Shown piece after piece: positions 48,713 to 57,981 of a stretch of 64,000 bases of DNA. The notes beneath the pieces were generated by a model. The model was given only the letters and a program-made list of their open reading frames with translations. It had not been told where the DNA came from and made no database searches. Origin of the DNA: Nitrosopumilus sp. (lineage in GTDB: Archaea > Thermoproteota > Nitrososphaeria > Nitrososphaerales > Nitrosopumilaceae); contig CBDBLX010000002.1 in the NCBI GenBank assembly GCA_965207445.1, forward strand, positions 1,911,849 to 1,975,848, read 5' to 3'. Numbering within the stretch: position 1 is the first letter of the stretch; the number at the start of each line of letters is the position of its first letter. The translations under genes were made by a program, and so were the position numbers.

Positions 48713-50104
48713 TCAGGCAGAGGCACGTATGGATGCGTTTTGAATGAACGTTATCCAAGCATCACAACTATCTGCAAGATCAGAGTCTTTTACTGATATA
48801 ATGTCAATTTTAATTGCCTTGGCAGGCGTCATGTTGTTTTTGAGGCCTGTGTGTTTTCTAAAAAAATTATGATATACTATGATCAGACGTAAGAGTCCGG
48901 GGTCCTCTGATTTTAGTCCACGTACACACTTGAGTCTATCCTCAAATTCTCCATTGAGTCGTTCGTAGACGTTATTTTGATTAAAAAGATTCTGTATGTG
49001 TATCTCACGTATGTGTACAAACACCGATCCAGCCCGTCTAAAGAATACTTTTCTGGCAGGCTTTATGAACTCCTGCAGTCCATCACTTACAAGTATGCGT
49101 GGTAGCCTACACGTACGGGTAGCAGCCATTTGAAACAGGTTAGTGGGATCAGATCCCTTTTTCTTCTTGAGGATCTCGTGGGATAAAACAAATCGACTTG
49201 CGCCATCCATTACACCAAACAAATATCTGGTCTGTTTACGTATTTTAAATTCTAACTCGTCGACATGCCACTGAAACCATGCATCAAGACACAATAAACT
49301 TGAGAACCGTAGCATGATTCGCGAATACTCATCAGTCCACCCATGTATTGTAGATGGGTTTATGATGATCTCATCCATTGCAAGCTGCACACATACTTCT
49401 TCTGGAGACATTTTAGTTGCCATCATGGACAACGCTTTTGCTATTACGGATGCATCAAAATGCCGTCCCTTGAACCCTTCCATTCCAGAAAATGTACGGC
49501 CACATTTTTTGCACATGTATCGCCTCACAGATCTTTTTCTCTTACACTTGCGCTCTCCCCATCCTACCACATCTTTGGATCTGCATTTTGAATACTGACA
49601 TCTCAATTTTTTGCGCCTAATCTGTATCCTTTTTCTACGCCCACACCACCACTCTTTGTCTAAGAGCTTGTATACACCCACTACATGCTTGCATATCTTT
49701 TTTCCATTTTGATTGGCCTCACACTGACATCTCATTCCAAGTGAACTAAGCGACACCACATACAATAGACCTTGCACAGTTTGCGATGCGACTGTCCATT
49801 TAATCGAGCTTAGTGTAGTTATGGCACCTGCATACTAATATGATTAAAGATCCGATATTTTGATTGATATTCATCTCGAAGTTGAGCACATATTATGAAT
49901 ACAAAATATTAGAAAACTATCGGATCTTTAATGAAACTATTATGCAATGCATGCAATCTGAATGCCTGCTTTCCTAATTGCATCAATCTGAGCCTTGGAG
50001 CGCCTCTGCTTGCCATGCTTTGGGTTGTCATTTTCCAATGTTTTTGATCTTGATTGAGTAGTTTCGTCTACCACCTTTTCTTCCTGAACTGTTTTTTGTT
50101 TCAT
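48713..50104 (-). pseudogene. IS6 transposase interrupted by a MITE
   Basis: ORF pieces 49940-50137 and 48713-49777 match the N- and C-terminal parts of the copy-1 transposase. Confidence 0.9.
49833..49942 (+). mobile_element. 110-bp MITE, copy 2
   Basis: TSD TGCA at 49829-49832 and 49943-49946. The empty site CCTGCAATGC is present in IS6 copy 1 (~2508-2517). Confidence 0.95.
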
Positions 50105-50580
50105 TATACATATATCACCAATTGGATATATAAGCATTCGTGCGCAATTCTATGTCAGTGACGTTATAACGTTGTACTGAGAACAACAAACATGACTAAA
50201 TGGGCTGCCAATGCCACTGAATTCCAAGTATCCATAACCCACAACGTGAAAAGAGGTACCAGTTACTCATACATTCCAAAGCCGGTCCTTGCCAAACTTG
50301 GTAACCCAGAGGGTTTGAAGTTTATCATACGTGGCGACAAAATACTAGTTACGTGTCCGGATTGACTACAACGGTTCAAATCTGTATTAATTGCCCCCAA
50401 CCGCGTTTGCAGGAGAACCTGACAACAGAATACACATGTCACACAAGAATCAGGATGCATCCATACAGACAACGCCTATAAACCACCGCCATAAGACATA
50501 ACCATCGAAGAGTTGGAGAAGGATCTAAGATAGAATCTAAGAGCAAACTACTTACGAATAGAATAAGGGAGTAAAGATGT

Positions 50581-53049
50581 ATGTCGTACCAAAGTTTCGA
50601 TCTTTACAAAGAGATCATAAAAGACACGGACCACGATTATCACAAAAAACAGGTAAAGGATAGGTTAGAGCCATACCTGAAATATCTCCAATTGGTAACC
50701 AAACACTACAGAGAAAATCCCATAGTGTTTAATTACATATATGATCAACCTCAGGGAATCAAACCAAAGCGAAAGATACGACAGGACGAACCCGTATGGA
50801 TTCAACTGGGTGAAATGAGCGATGAAGATCGACGATATATTCTAGACGGGGACCATGTAAAACATGTGCATGAGGATGTGGACAAAGATCAGGATGATGA
50901 AGTAAAAATAAGTGTCATACAACGCGACGTTGCCGGAAGATTGCAGCTGGCGCGCAGGCCGAGAACTAAAAAGCTGAGAGTATATCGCATTATATACACG
51001 ATAATGACGCAGATAAAGGCCGTAAAGTCTTTGCTGCATCGACCAAAACCGGAGAATTCCCCTCTGCTAAAGCTCTTTTACGACAGAGACCACGTGGCGT
51101 TGGAAGACATGGAAGAACAACACATAGACAAATGGTTTGTTTTGGACGGGCGCGATGGCTCTGACCGGCAGAAGGAATTCGTGGAAAAGGCTCTCGCCAC
51201 TCCGGACTTTGGATTTTTGGAAGGGCCGCCAGGCTCGGGCAAAACTACCGTACTCTGCGAGCTGGTTCACCAGCTCGTGCATCAGGGAAAACGCGTGCTG
51301 TTCTGCGCGTCAACCCACATAGCGGTGGACAACCTGCTGGAAAAGATCACCAACGAGTACACAAGAAAACCTACAGACTCCAACATCATCCCACTGAGGG
51401 TGGGTGTCTCGGAAAAGATTTCCGACCTCGTACGCGGGTACACGTACGACACCTGCATAAAGACCATGCAAGAAAAGATATCCAACCATCTTGAGGACGT
51501 TTCCGACAAAAGCGAGGCGCAAAAGGCCCTGTATGAGCAGCTCCGATCGGACGATACTATAGGAAACATAGCACGTGACTGCGCAAACCTTGTGTGTGGT
51601 ACGACCATGGGCATACTCCAGCATCCCGACATCAAAAACGGCAACGCGGGTATGTTCGACGTCATGATAATTGACGAGGCCTCCAAGACCACGTTTCAGG
51701 AGTTTCTGGTTCCGGCTATGCACGCCAAGCGCTGGATAATAGTAGGCGATACCAAGCAGCTTGCACCCCACACAAGTTCGGAAGAGTTTGGCCTGCATGT
51801 CAACGCATGCATCGGGCGCGAGGAAGGTCAAGCGTGCCTCGACGCGTTTCTAGCCGCCAGTCAAGACCAACGCATCATAGCAACTGTGGAAAGCCAATCT
51901 GCAAAGAATGCCTACAGTCGCCAATGCGACAAACACGGGGTCGCCCTGCATGACGCCGATGACAAGCCGCCGGAGCGCGCATGGAAAGGAATCGTAGTGG
52001 GAACAGCAGATTCCATATCGAAGGCAGACGACGGATTTTTCCAAAGTGTCAATCCCAAGCGCGACATAATCCGAGGGTACGACGAGATACGTGCCCATTT
52101 AAATCGACAAAAGCGTAGAATACCGCGGGTGATACATCCTATGAAGAATGGTTTGGACAAAGACCTGACATGGGGGGCGCAGATGGCGTGGCGGATCATA
52201 TCACTGTCCGGACACGAGAGCGGCTCGGAACACTATGCCAGTCAAGCGATCGAAAAGCTCATGCCGGCAGACGACAAGGATACACGTCTCAGACTGGAAG
52301 ATGTCAAAAAGATCGCGCTACCGTCGATTTTACATCTGCTTCAGCATGGCTATGGGACAGGAGAGAATACGATCATGACGGAAGGTATTCCGGAACAAGA
52401 CTTTGCAAAACGGCACGTGCTTTTGCAGCAGCAGTACAGAATGCACCCGGAGATAGCAAAATTTCCCAGGACATACGTGTACAAGGGACGAGCGCTTGAG
52501 ACTCCAAAAGCAGTAGGATTCGAACGCGAATGGTCATACAGGGAATACGAAAAAAGATCCGTCTGGATCGACGTCAAGGATGCATCCCAGAACAGCTCTG
52601 AAGCCGAGGCCGAATGTATAATGAATGAGCTGGAAAAGTTTTACGGATTCGCGATCAAAACCAAGCCAGGCCGCGGCCTGCCGTGGGAGGTGGCAATATT
52701 GACGTTTTACACAAAGCAACAGCAAACCATACTGTCCCACATCAAAAAGATCGCTCGGGCCAAGAACGGGTACGAATTCGCGCTGATGGATGACAGGAAG
52801 GAGATCGTGACCGTCCAATGCCGCACGTTGGACTCCTTTCAGGGATACGAGGCCGACGTGGTTTTCTTGAGCATCGCAAACAACCACCCGACACTCTTTC
52901 TTGAAAATCCCAACCGCATCAACGTCGCGATAACAAGGGCACGGTACCAGAACGTGATCGTGGGGGACAAAAAAGCCATGAGTAGTTCGAGATCGTTGAT
53001 GGGCAGGTTTGCCATGAACACGCGTGTACACAGGGGCTGCAAATCATGA
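50581..53049 (+). CDS. UPF1/DNA2-like superfamily 1B helicase (AAA_11/AAA_12)
   Basis: Motifs EGPPGSGKTT, ASTHIAVDN, IIDEASK, VGDTKQL, QYRMHPEI, TLDSFQG.EAD and NRINVAITRAR. Large insertion between motifs III and IV. Confidence 0.93.
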   Translation: MSYQSFDLYKEIIKDTDHDYHKKQVKDRLEPYLKYLQLVTKHYRENPIVFNYIYDQPQGIKPKRKIRQDEPVWIQLGEMSDEDRRYILDGDHVKHVHEDVDKDQDDEVKISVIQRDVAGRLQLARRPRTKKLRVYRIIYTIMTQIKAVKSLLHRPKPENSPLLKLFYDRDHVALEDMEEQHIDKWFVLDGRDGSDRQKEFVEKALATPDFGFLEGPPGSGKTTVLCELVHQLVHQGKRVLFCASTHIAVDNLLEKITNEYTRKPTDSNIIPLRVGVSEKISDLVRGYTYDTCIKTMQEKISNHLEDVSDKSEAQKALYEQLRSDDTIGNIARDCANLVCGTTMGILQHPDIKNGNAGMFDVMIIDEASKTTFQEFLVPAMHAKRWIIVGDTKQLAPHTSSEEFGLHVNACIGREEGQACLDAFLAASQDQRIIATVESQSAKNAYSRQCDKHGVALHDADDKPPERAWKGIVVGTADSISKADDGFFQSVNPKRDIIRGYDEIRAHLNRQKRRIPRVIHPMKNGLDKDLTWGAQMAWRIISLSGHESGSEHYASQAIEKLMPADDKDTRLRLEDVKKIALPSILHLLQHGYGTGENTIMTEGIPEQDFAKRHVLLQQQYRMHPEIAKFPRTYVYKGRALETPKAVGFEREWSYREYEKRSVWIDVKDASQNSSEAEAECIMNELEKFYGFAIKTKPGRGLPWEVAILTFYTKQQQTILSHIKKIARAKNGYEFALMDDRKEIVTVQCRTLDSFQGYEADVVFLSIANNHPTLFLENPNRINVAITRARYQNVIVGDKKAMSSSRSLMGRFAMNTRVHRGCKS

Positions 53050-53762
53050 ATAGGATAGAGATAGACACGGAGATCAATCTGAAATGCTACATAGTATATG
53101 CCGAGATATCCGTACCCGCACGCCGATATATTTTACCAGTGCTATTACATGTGAGGGATATGGAAGACGAAGCCGATGCAAAATCACTCTCATCTGAGCT
53201 CTTTCCTGGAATGGAGTCGGTAAGCAAGAGGCTACTCGAGATTTGCAAAAAGGAGAAGATGGTAGAAGAGTATGATGGTCAATACTCCATATCACGGGCA
53301 GGCGAGAATGCCATCGAAGACGACAAGGTCTTTGTACGTAGCCCGGGTCGGATGTACAAGATATACTATACCGACTCTACAATAATCCCGGAAGAAAGCA
53401 GAGTGGTTCGACTAGATACGGATCCGGAAGAGGCAGGATACGACCCGAACAAAACAGTAGGGGTGTGCGACCTACCGTGGCATCTGACAGATCTAAAATG
53501 CAGCATCCTAAAACCCCTGTTTGGGTGCATGCAGGGCGAGTTTAGAATCGATAGCATACACCACCGGGCCAAGGAACTGGAACCGGATCACATGACACTG
53601 TCGCTCCGCCTCGTGGATGACTCCGTGACGGGCCCTGATCTATATGAAAGAAGGAATGACCATAACATCTCCGGAAGATTCCACGTTTCGGCCAAGATGG
53701 CTGGGGAGACCCGCGAGATGTCCGACCGCGACGGATCTATTGTACTTCCCCCCACCCCATGA
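53046..53762 (+). CDS. Helicase-coupled hypothetical protein with probable winged-helix domain, possibly 3'-truncated
   Basis: ATGA overlap with the helicase. The segment KRLLEICKKEKMVEEYDGQYSISRAG is wHTH-like. The 3' end runs into a direct repeat and a MITE. Confidence 0.65.
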   Translation: MNRIEIDTEINLKCYIVYAEISVPARRYILPVLLHVRDMEDEADAKSLSSELFPGMESVSKRLLEICKKEKMVEEYDGQYSISRAGENAIEDDKVFVRSPGRMYKIYYTDSTIIPEESRVVRLDTDPEEAGYDPNKTVGVCDLPWHLTDLKCSILKPLFGCMQGEFRIDSIHHRAKELEPDHMTLSLRLVDDSVTGPDLYERRNDHNISGRFHVSAKMAGETREMSDRDGSIVLPPTP

Positions 53763-53795
53763 GGAGGCGTTCCCGCGAGATGTCCGACCGCGACG
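53710..53795. repeat. Perfect 24-bp direct repeat pair
   Basis: CCCGCGAGATGTCCGACCGCGACG at 53710-53733 and 53772-53795. Confidence 0.9.
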
Positions 53796-53814
53796 CTATC
53801 ATCTATCTGGTGCA

Positions 53815-53924
53815 TACTGATATGATTAAAGATCCGATATTTTGATTGATATTCATCTCGAAGTTGAGCATATATTATGAATACAAAATATTAGAAAACT
53901 ATCGGATCTTTAATGAAACTATTA
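53815..53924 (+). mobile_element. 110-bp MITE, copy 3
   Basis: Near-identical to copy 2. The flanks TGCA and CGCA do not match each other. Confidence 0.9.
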
Positions 53925-54243
53925 CGCACCAACCTCACGAAGACCACCTAAAGAGTAATGCGTCCAATTGTCAAATTAGAAGATGAACTGAGTTTTGAAG
54001 TAAAGGAATGCAACATAACCATCCCGATAGCAGCAACAACAACAACAACAACAAAAAGAAAAAGATAAACTAGTAATATAAAATCACATTATTTCTCAGG
54101 TACATCTTCTCTCAACATGGTTATCGCTACGTGTAAGTACACATCGTAGCCATCCATCTCAATCTTGAATTTTATTCCATTCTTTGGTGTATGATCGTAC
54201 ATATTGCAACACACCACCATAATTTTGAACATAAAAATACACA

Positions 54244-54351
54244 TATTGTGATCTCCTGTAACGTTTTCACAATTGGACTTTGCCACATGTGATTATTTCA
54301 GGCACGAAATCACAAAAATTCACTGTACAGAAATTTATGCCCGTCGCTATA
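54244..54351 (+). repeat. 108-bp inverted repeat, left arm (partner 60378-60485)
   Basis: TATTGTGATCTCCTGTAACG...CGCTATA; 7 mismatches (all transitions) against the reverse complement of the right arm. Confidence 0.93.
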
Positions 54352-54473
54352 CGCCCCATCCAGACCACAGAGTTGGCACGTTTGTTGATTGTTTAATCTG
54401 GTTTGTGAGACCGTCTAACTCTGATCCCGGCCCAAAGTCTGCAGGGCGGCAGAAGCGCCGCGGCGGTGAGATC

Positions 54474-54678
54474 CTAGTGGATGACGACGTTACTGACTGC
54501 GACCTGTCCAGCACAAGGCCGGGCACACCACCTGTGAAGTTTTTTGCGCGGCCAGCCAACCCTCTCCATTTCCTCGTCCAGATATGTGAACAGGTTTTTT
54601 CTACTGCGTCTCAGGCGCGCCGTGTTTATAACGATGAAGTGGACACCGGAATCAGCGTAGTGCCTGTTCCTCCTTCTG
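54474..54678 (-). pseudogene. C-terminal half of the viperin-associated PD-(D/E)xK nuclease, separated by IS66
   Basis: Read from the TSD it gives RRRNRHYADSGVHFIVINTARLRRSRKNLFTYLDEEMERVG. This matches the paralog at 63470-63982 (RLRNGHYAKAGIPCVVLKSSEIRSSRTCMAERLDRELERLG). Confidence 0.85.
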
Positions 54679-55183
54679 GCAAGCGTTCACCCCCCCTCCC
54701 CCTAGCTAGGTACAGGGCAGCCACTTACGGTGAGCGAATGCGTGGCTATGCGTGCTCATGGCACGTAAGGTGGAAGAGAGGTTACGCGTGTGTCATTGCA
54801 GCTAGAATACGTAGGGTTTGATTGACTTGCAAATGTTCTCGACCCGATTGGTGGTGTAGTGGTGGTGTAGTTGTTGTGTAATTTGCCAGCTTGTCATACC
54901 CTATCAAAAATCTGTATGTTAGTGGATCTACAGTGCGCTTTGCACCCGGACAATTCCAATAAAATCGCTCATACTTAATAAATGTAACTGCGCTCTTACC
55001 AAAAGTTACATATAGGGCCATCCAAATGGAATTATTATGATTAGAACCAAGAGGATGACATTATGAATTTACTGAGGGCTGTTATCAATCTATTGTTTTC
55101 AAAAAAGCGAACCATTCAGTTTCAGAGGCGATGGGACATGCAGACAAGAAAGGCAGAGTTGCATGATATGACGATGAGAGGGT

Positions 55184-57325
55184 GTGAGTGTAATGAGTAA
55201 TGCTTCTGCCACCGCACGTGAGAATAAGATTTTACGCGATAAACTCGCGCACATGTGGAAGTTTGTAAACGTCATAATGGAAGCATGGGGGGAGCAGGCT
55301 GCCATGTTCATCGATGAGATCAAGAGACTTGAAGGCAAAGTCGAGAGTCTGAAAACATACTGTGATGAACTCAAAGAACAACTGCAAGATGCAAAAAGGC
55401 TTTTAGCAATGCATGAGAACTATAACAACCCCGACAGGGGGACGAAGACTGCCCATGATAGGCAGAAACACAGACAGGCGTTGAGAGTCGAGAGTGAAGA
55501 GAATGTGCAGTGCGCCATGGATGTGGAAAAGGAAAAAAGCAGTAGAAAATCCGGCCTGCGGCATCGCGGCGGCCAGCCCGGTTCAAAGGGCATGTCGTGT
55601 GGCCTAAAACCAGACAGGAAACTAGATGATTTATGCGCGCCCGAAACATGCGTCCGGTGCGGCAGAACTGACATCATACATTTAGGATTCCTATGGAAGA
55701 TGGTACTTGAAATACGCGAGTATGGCGACCGGTTCTGCACAGACCCAGGACCATTTGAGAATCCCAAAGAGATGGTGGAGAATTTGCACATGAACGGCGC
55801 ATTGTTTGCCTATATGGAGGCATCAGTTCCTGCAATCTGCTTGCAGTGTGAGGTGATCATCTACCCAGAGACGCCGTCGATCCCAGGATCGTCGTGCGGA
55901 CCGATCTTGCGCGAAAAGATCATGAACCTGCACGGGCAAGTGCCACCCGTGCAGCGCATACACAATATACTTGCCGCAAACCATCATACTGAGATCGGCA
56001 CAGGTACCATCTCAAAGTGCCTAAAGGCGATATCACAACACGCTACGCATGACTGTTTGTGGGTAAAGGCACCCCGTGATATGATCGAGGATGTAAAGGC
56101 GGCCTATGGTACTGATACAAAGAACTCAGAGACATCTACTAATGAAATGGTCGCATATACTGAACAAGATGATAATGGTACAGAGACAATCATAATGACT
56201 GCACACTCTGAGCCTCCTGTTGCCATGTTCTGTCAACAACCTGCAGCAGCAAAACCACCAAAACTAAAATCCGAAGACTCTCCCCTACCTGAGATGGCGC
56301 CTGTACCGGATACTATACCTGACACACACATGCACAGCGTCCTCCCGCCACTATTCACCCAGATATACGAGATGATCACAATGGCCCCCAATATTATGTG
56401 GGACGAGTCAAATGCAAAGGTAGCAGGACACCGTCGGCAGACGCTCGTACTGCTCTGTCCCGGAATTGCCACCCTGATAAAAATTACAGACAGTAAATCA
56501 AAAAATCTTATACAATACATGTTCCCGGATCTGCTTGGCAGACCTCTCCAGGCCGACATGTATCTTGCAGGCAATGCGTTTGATGGTGACATACAGACAT
56601 GCCGTGTACACTTGTGGCGTCGAGGCGAGTCGTTGGCAGTATTGCATGGCATCCACTCACCAGAGCAGACGTACTCTGAAGAGCATCTCAATATATTCAG
56701 ACTCTCAAAACGCGCAGGTGAACGCATAACCCAGCTGGCCGGCGGCCCGCTCACATCTATCTGCGAGGTTGACAGTGTGATTCGAGCCATACCTGGACTT
56801 TCACAAACAATAAGTGATGAGGTCGACGTACTAAACACCCGCATGCTCAAATTGATAGACGCGTACCGGTATGGTGAGGTCTCTGATGAAGACACGCGCA
56901 AATACGCCACCTCACTTGAGAACGCACTACCATACATGTTTACATTTCTGTGGCATCCGGGCATGCAAGGTCACACAAATGACATTGAGCGACTCATCAA
57001 GAAATGTAACGTATTGCCGCGCAAGATGCAAGGGGGGCTTCCAGACTGGACGGCTGCAAAAACGCAGGCCAACCTGCAGACCATACATGCAAACTCTGCC
57101 CTGTGGGGCGTATTCTCAGGACAATTGGTATCAGGATATCGCGGCAGTTGGAAGCCGCCGCCATCAAATTCAATCACAATAATGTCCCCGTCGTCGTCAC
57201 CATCACAGAGACCGCGTCCACATGTCACCGAAAAATGTATCACGAAATCATCTGATCCATTAATACAGGCACACGACCTCATCTGCATACCAAAATCACA
57301 AAATGTCAAGGTCGCTGCCGCATGA
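55184..57325 (+). CDS. IS66-family transposase (TnpC-like)
   Basis: N-terminal coiled coil, GGQPGSKG, CxxC..CxxC zinc finger, and motifs WDES, QAD, QTCRVHLWR and TNDIER. Confidence 0.85.
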   Translation: MSVMSNASATARENKILRDKLAHMWKFVNVIMEAWGEQAAMFIDEIKRLEGKVESLKTYCDELKEQLQDAKRLLAMHENYNNPDRGTKTAHDRQKHRQALRVESEENVQCAMDVEKEKSSRKSGLRHRGGQPGSKGMSCGLKPDRKLDDLCAPETCVRCGRTDIIHLGFLWKMVLEIREYGDRFCTDPGPFENPKEMVENLHMNGALFAYMEASVPAICLQCEVIIYPETPSIPGSSCGPILREKIMNLHGQVPPVQRIHNILAANHHTEIGTGTISKCLKAISQHATHDCLWVKAPRDMIEDVKAAYGTDTKNSETSTNEMVAYTEQDDNGTETIIMTAHSEPPVAMFCQQPAAAKPPKLKSEDSPLPEMAPVPDTIPDTHMHSVLPPLFTQIYEMITMAPNIMWDESNAKVAGHRRQTLVLLCPGIATLIKITDSKSKNLIQYMFPDLLGRPLQADMYLAGNAFDGDIQTCRVHLWRRGESLAVLHGIHSPEQTYSEEHLNIFRLSKRAGERITQLAGGPLTSICEVDSVIRAIPGLSQTISDEVDVLNTRMLKLIDAYRYGEVSDEDTRKYATSLENALPYMFTFLWHPGMQGHTNDIERLIKKCNVLPRKMQGGLPDWTAAKTQANLQTIHANSALWGVFSGQLVSGYRGSWKPPPSNSITIMSPSSSPSQRPRPHVTEKCITKSSDPLIQAHDLICIPKSQNVKVAAA

Positions 57326-57485
57326 CTTTTTAATATAATCAGATTATTGTAAAACTTGCCCCATATTATGCCATTTTTGTACCGTCCACACACTCCCCAC
57401 CGTTGACACTACTAACACAATAAACAAACTGGCCGTGCCGCCACCATCCAATCCGATGTTTTTGCCTTGAACAACGTGACGCTGT

Positions 57486-57521
57486 ATGTTACCTGCATGT
57501 TACCTGCATGTTACCTGCATG
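57486..57521. repeat. 11-bp tandem repeat (ATGTTACCTGC)x3 inside the IS66 right end
   Basis: Three perfect copies followed by ATG. Confidence 0.9.
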
Positions 57522-57620
57522 GCCACCATATCACATACCATAACGCCTGTCCGATATCTGTCTAAGGTGGCAGCGTAAGTGGGTGAGAGTTGAGGGGAGG
57601 GGGAGGGGGTGAACGCTTGC

Positions 57621-57981
57621 TCCTTCTGTCCCTTGCCGCAACGTCCCTTGATTCATGTATGCTGCCGTCCAGCTCAATTATCAGAACCAGTTCTCCGTCT
57701 TGGTCGGTCACTACTATGTCTGGAGTGTGGATGAGGCGCGTTTTTGACAGGGCGGATATGTCTATGCGGTTCATGTGCTCCCCATGTATCTTACGGCCGC
57801 GGCGGGTAAACTCCACGGTACACTCTTGTCTTATCTGACCCATCCGTATTCTGTAGTATTTCCTAAGATGCTTTACAATGGCGAATATGGGGCCGCTGTC
57901 ACTGTATCTCTCATCCACGTGCGCGTCGCGTGTGCGCTTGTTCCTCCTAGTCCCAGTCGTAAAGACCCCCCCTTTCCTCAA
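57621..57981 (-). pseudogene. N-terminal half of a PD-(D/E)xK (DUF559/Vsr-like) nuclease directly downstream of viperin
   Basis: Motif HTPDIVV...IIELDGSIH, cut at the IS66 TSD. Start uncertain (TTG 57981 or GTG 57918). Confidence 0.8.

Larger units (their letters stand above)
48432..50419 (-). mobile_element. IS6-family element, copy 2 (MITE-disrupted)
   Basis: Highly similar to 1114-2986 and in the same orientation. Left IR degenerate (AGTTCACTTGCAAACGCGGTTG), right IR intact, no flanking TSD. Confidence 0.9.
54679..57620 (+). mobile_element. IS66-family element (single ORF, ISBst12-like organisation)
   Basis: IRs GCAAGCGTTCACCCCC at 54679 and, in reverse, ending at 57620. 8-bp TSD TCCTTCTG at 54671-54678 and 57621-57628. 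Confidence 0.92.

Noticed and set aside
1114..50419. Composite IS6 transposon
   Set aside because: Copy 1 has its own TSD on both sides, and the outer flanks of the pair do not match.
54030..54053. (CAA)n microsatellite and other short simple repeats (7177-7200, 48352-48376)
   Set aside because: Short intergenic low-complexity tracts with no supportable function.
57562..57620. Poly-proline C-terminus of the 139-aa ORF
   Set aside because: Read-through into the IS66 inverted repeat, not part of the native protein.
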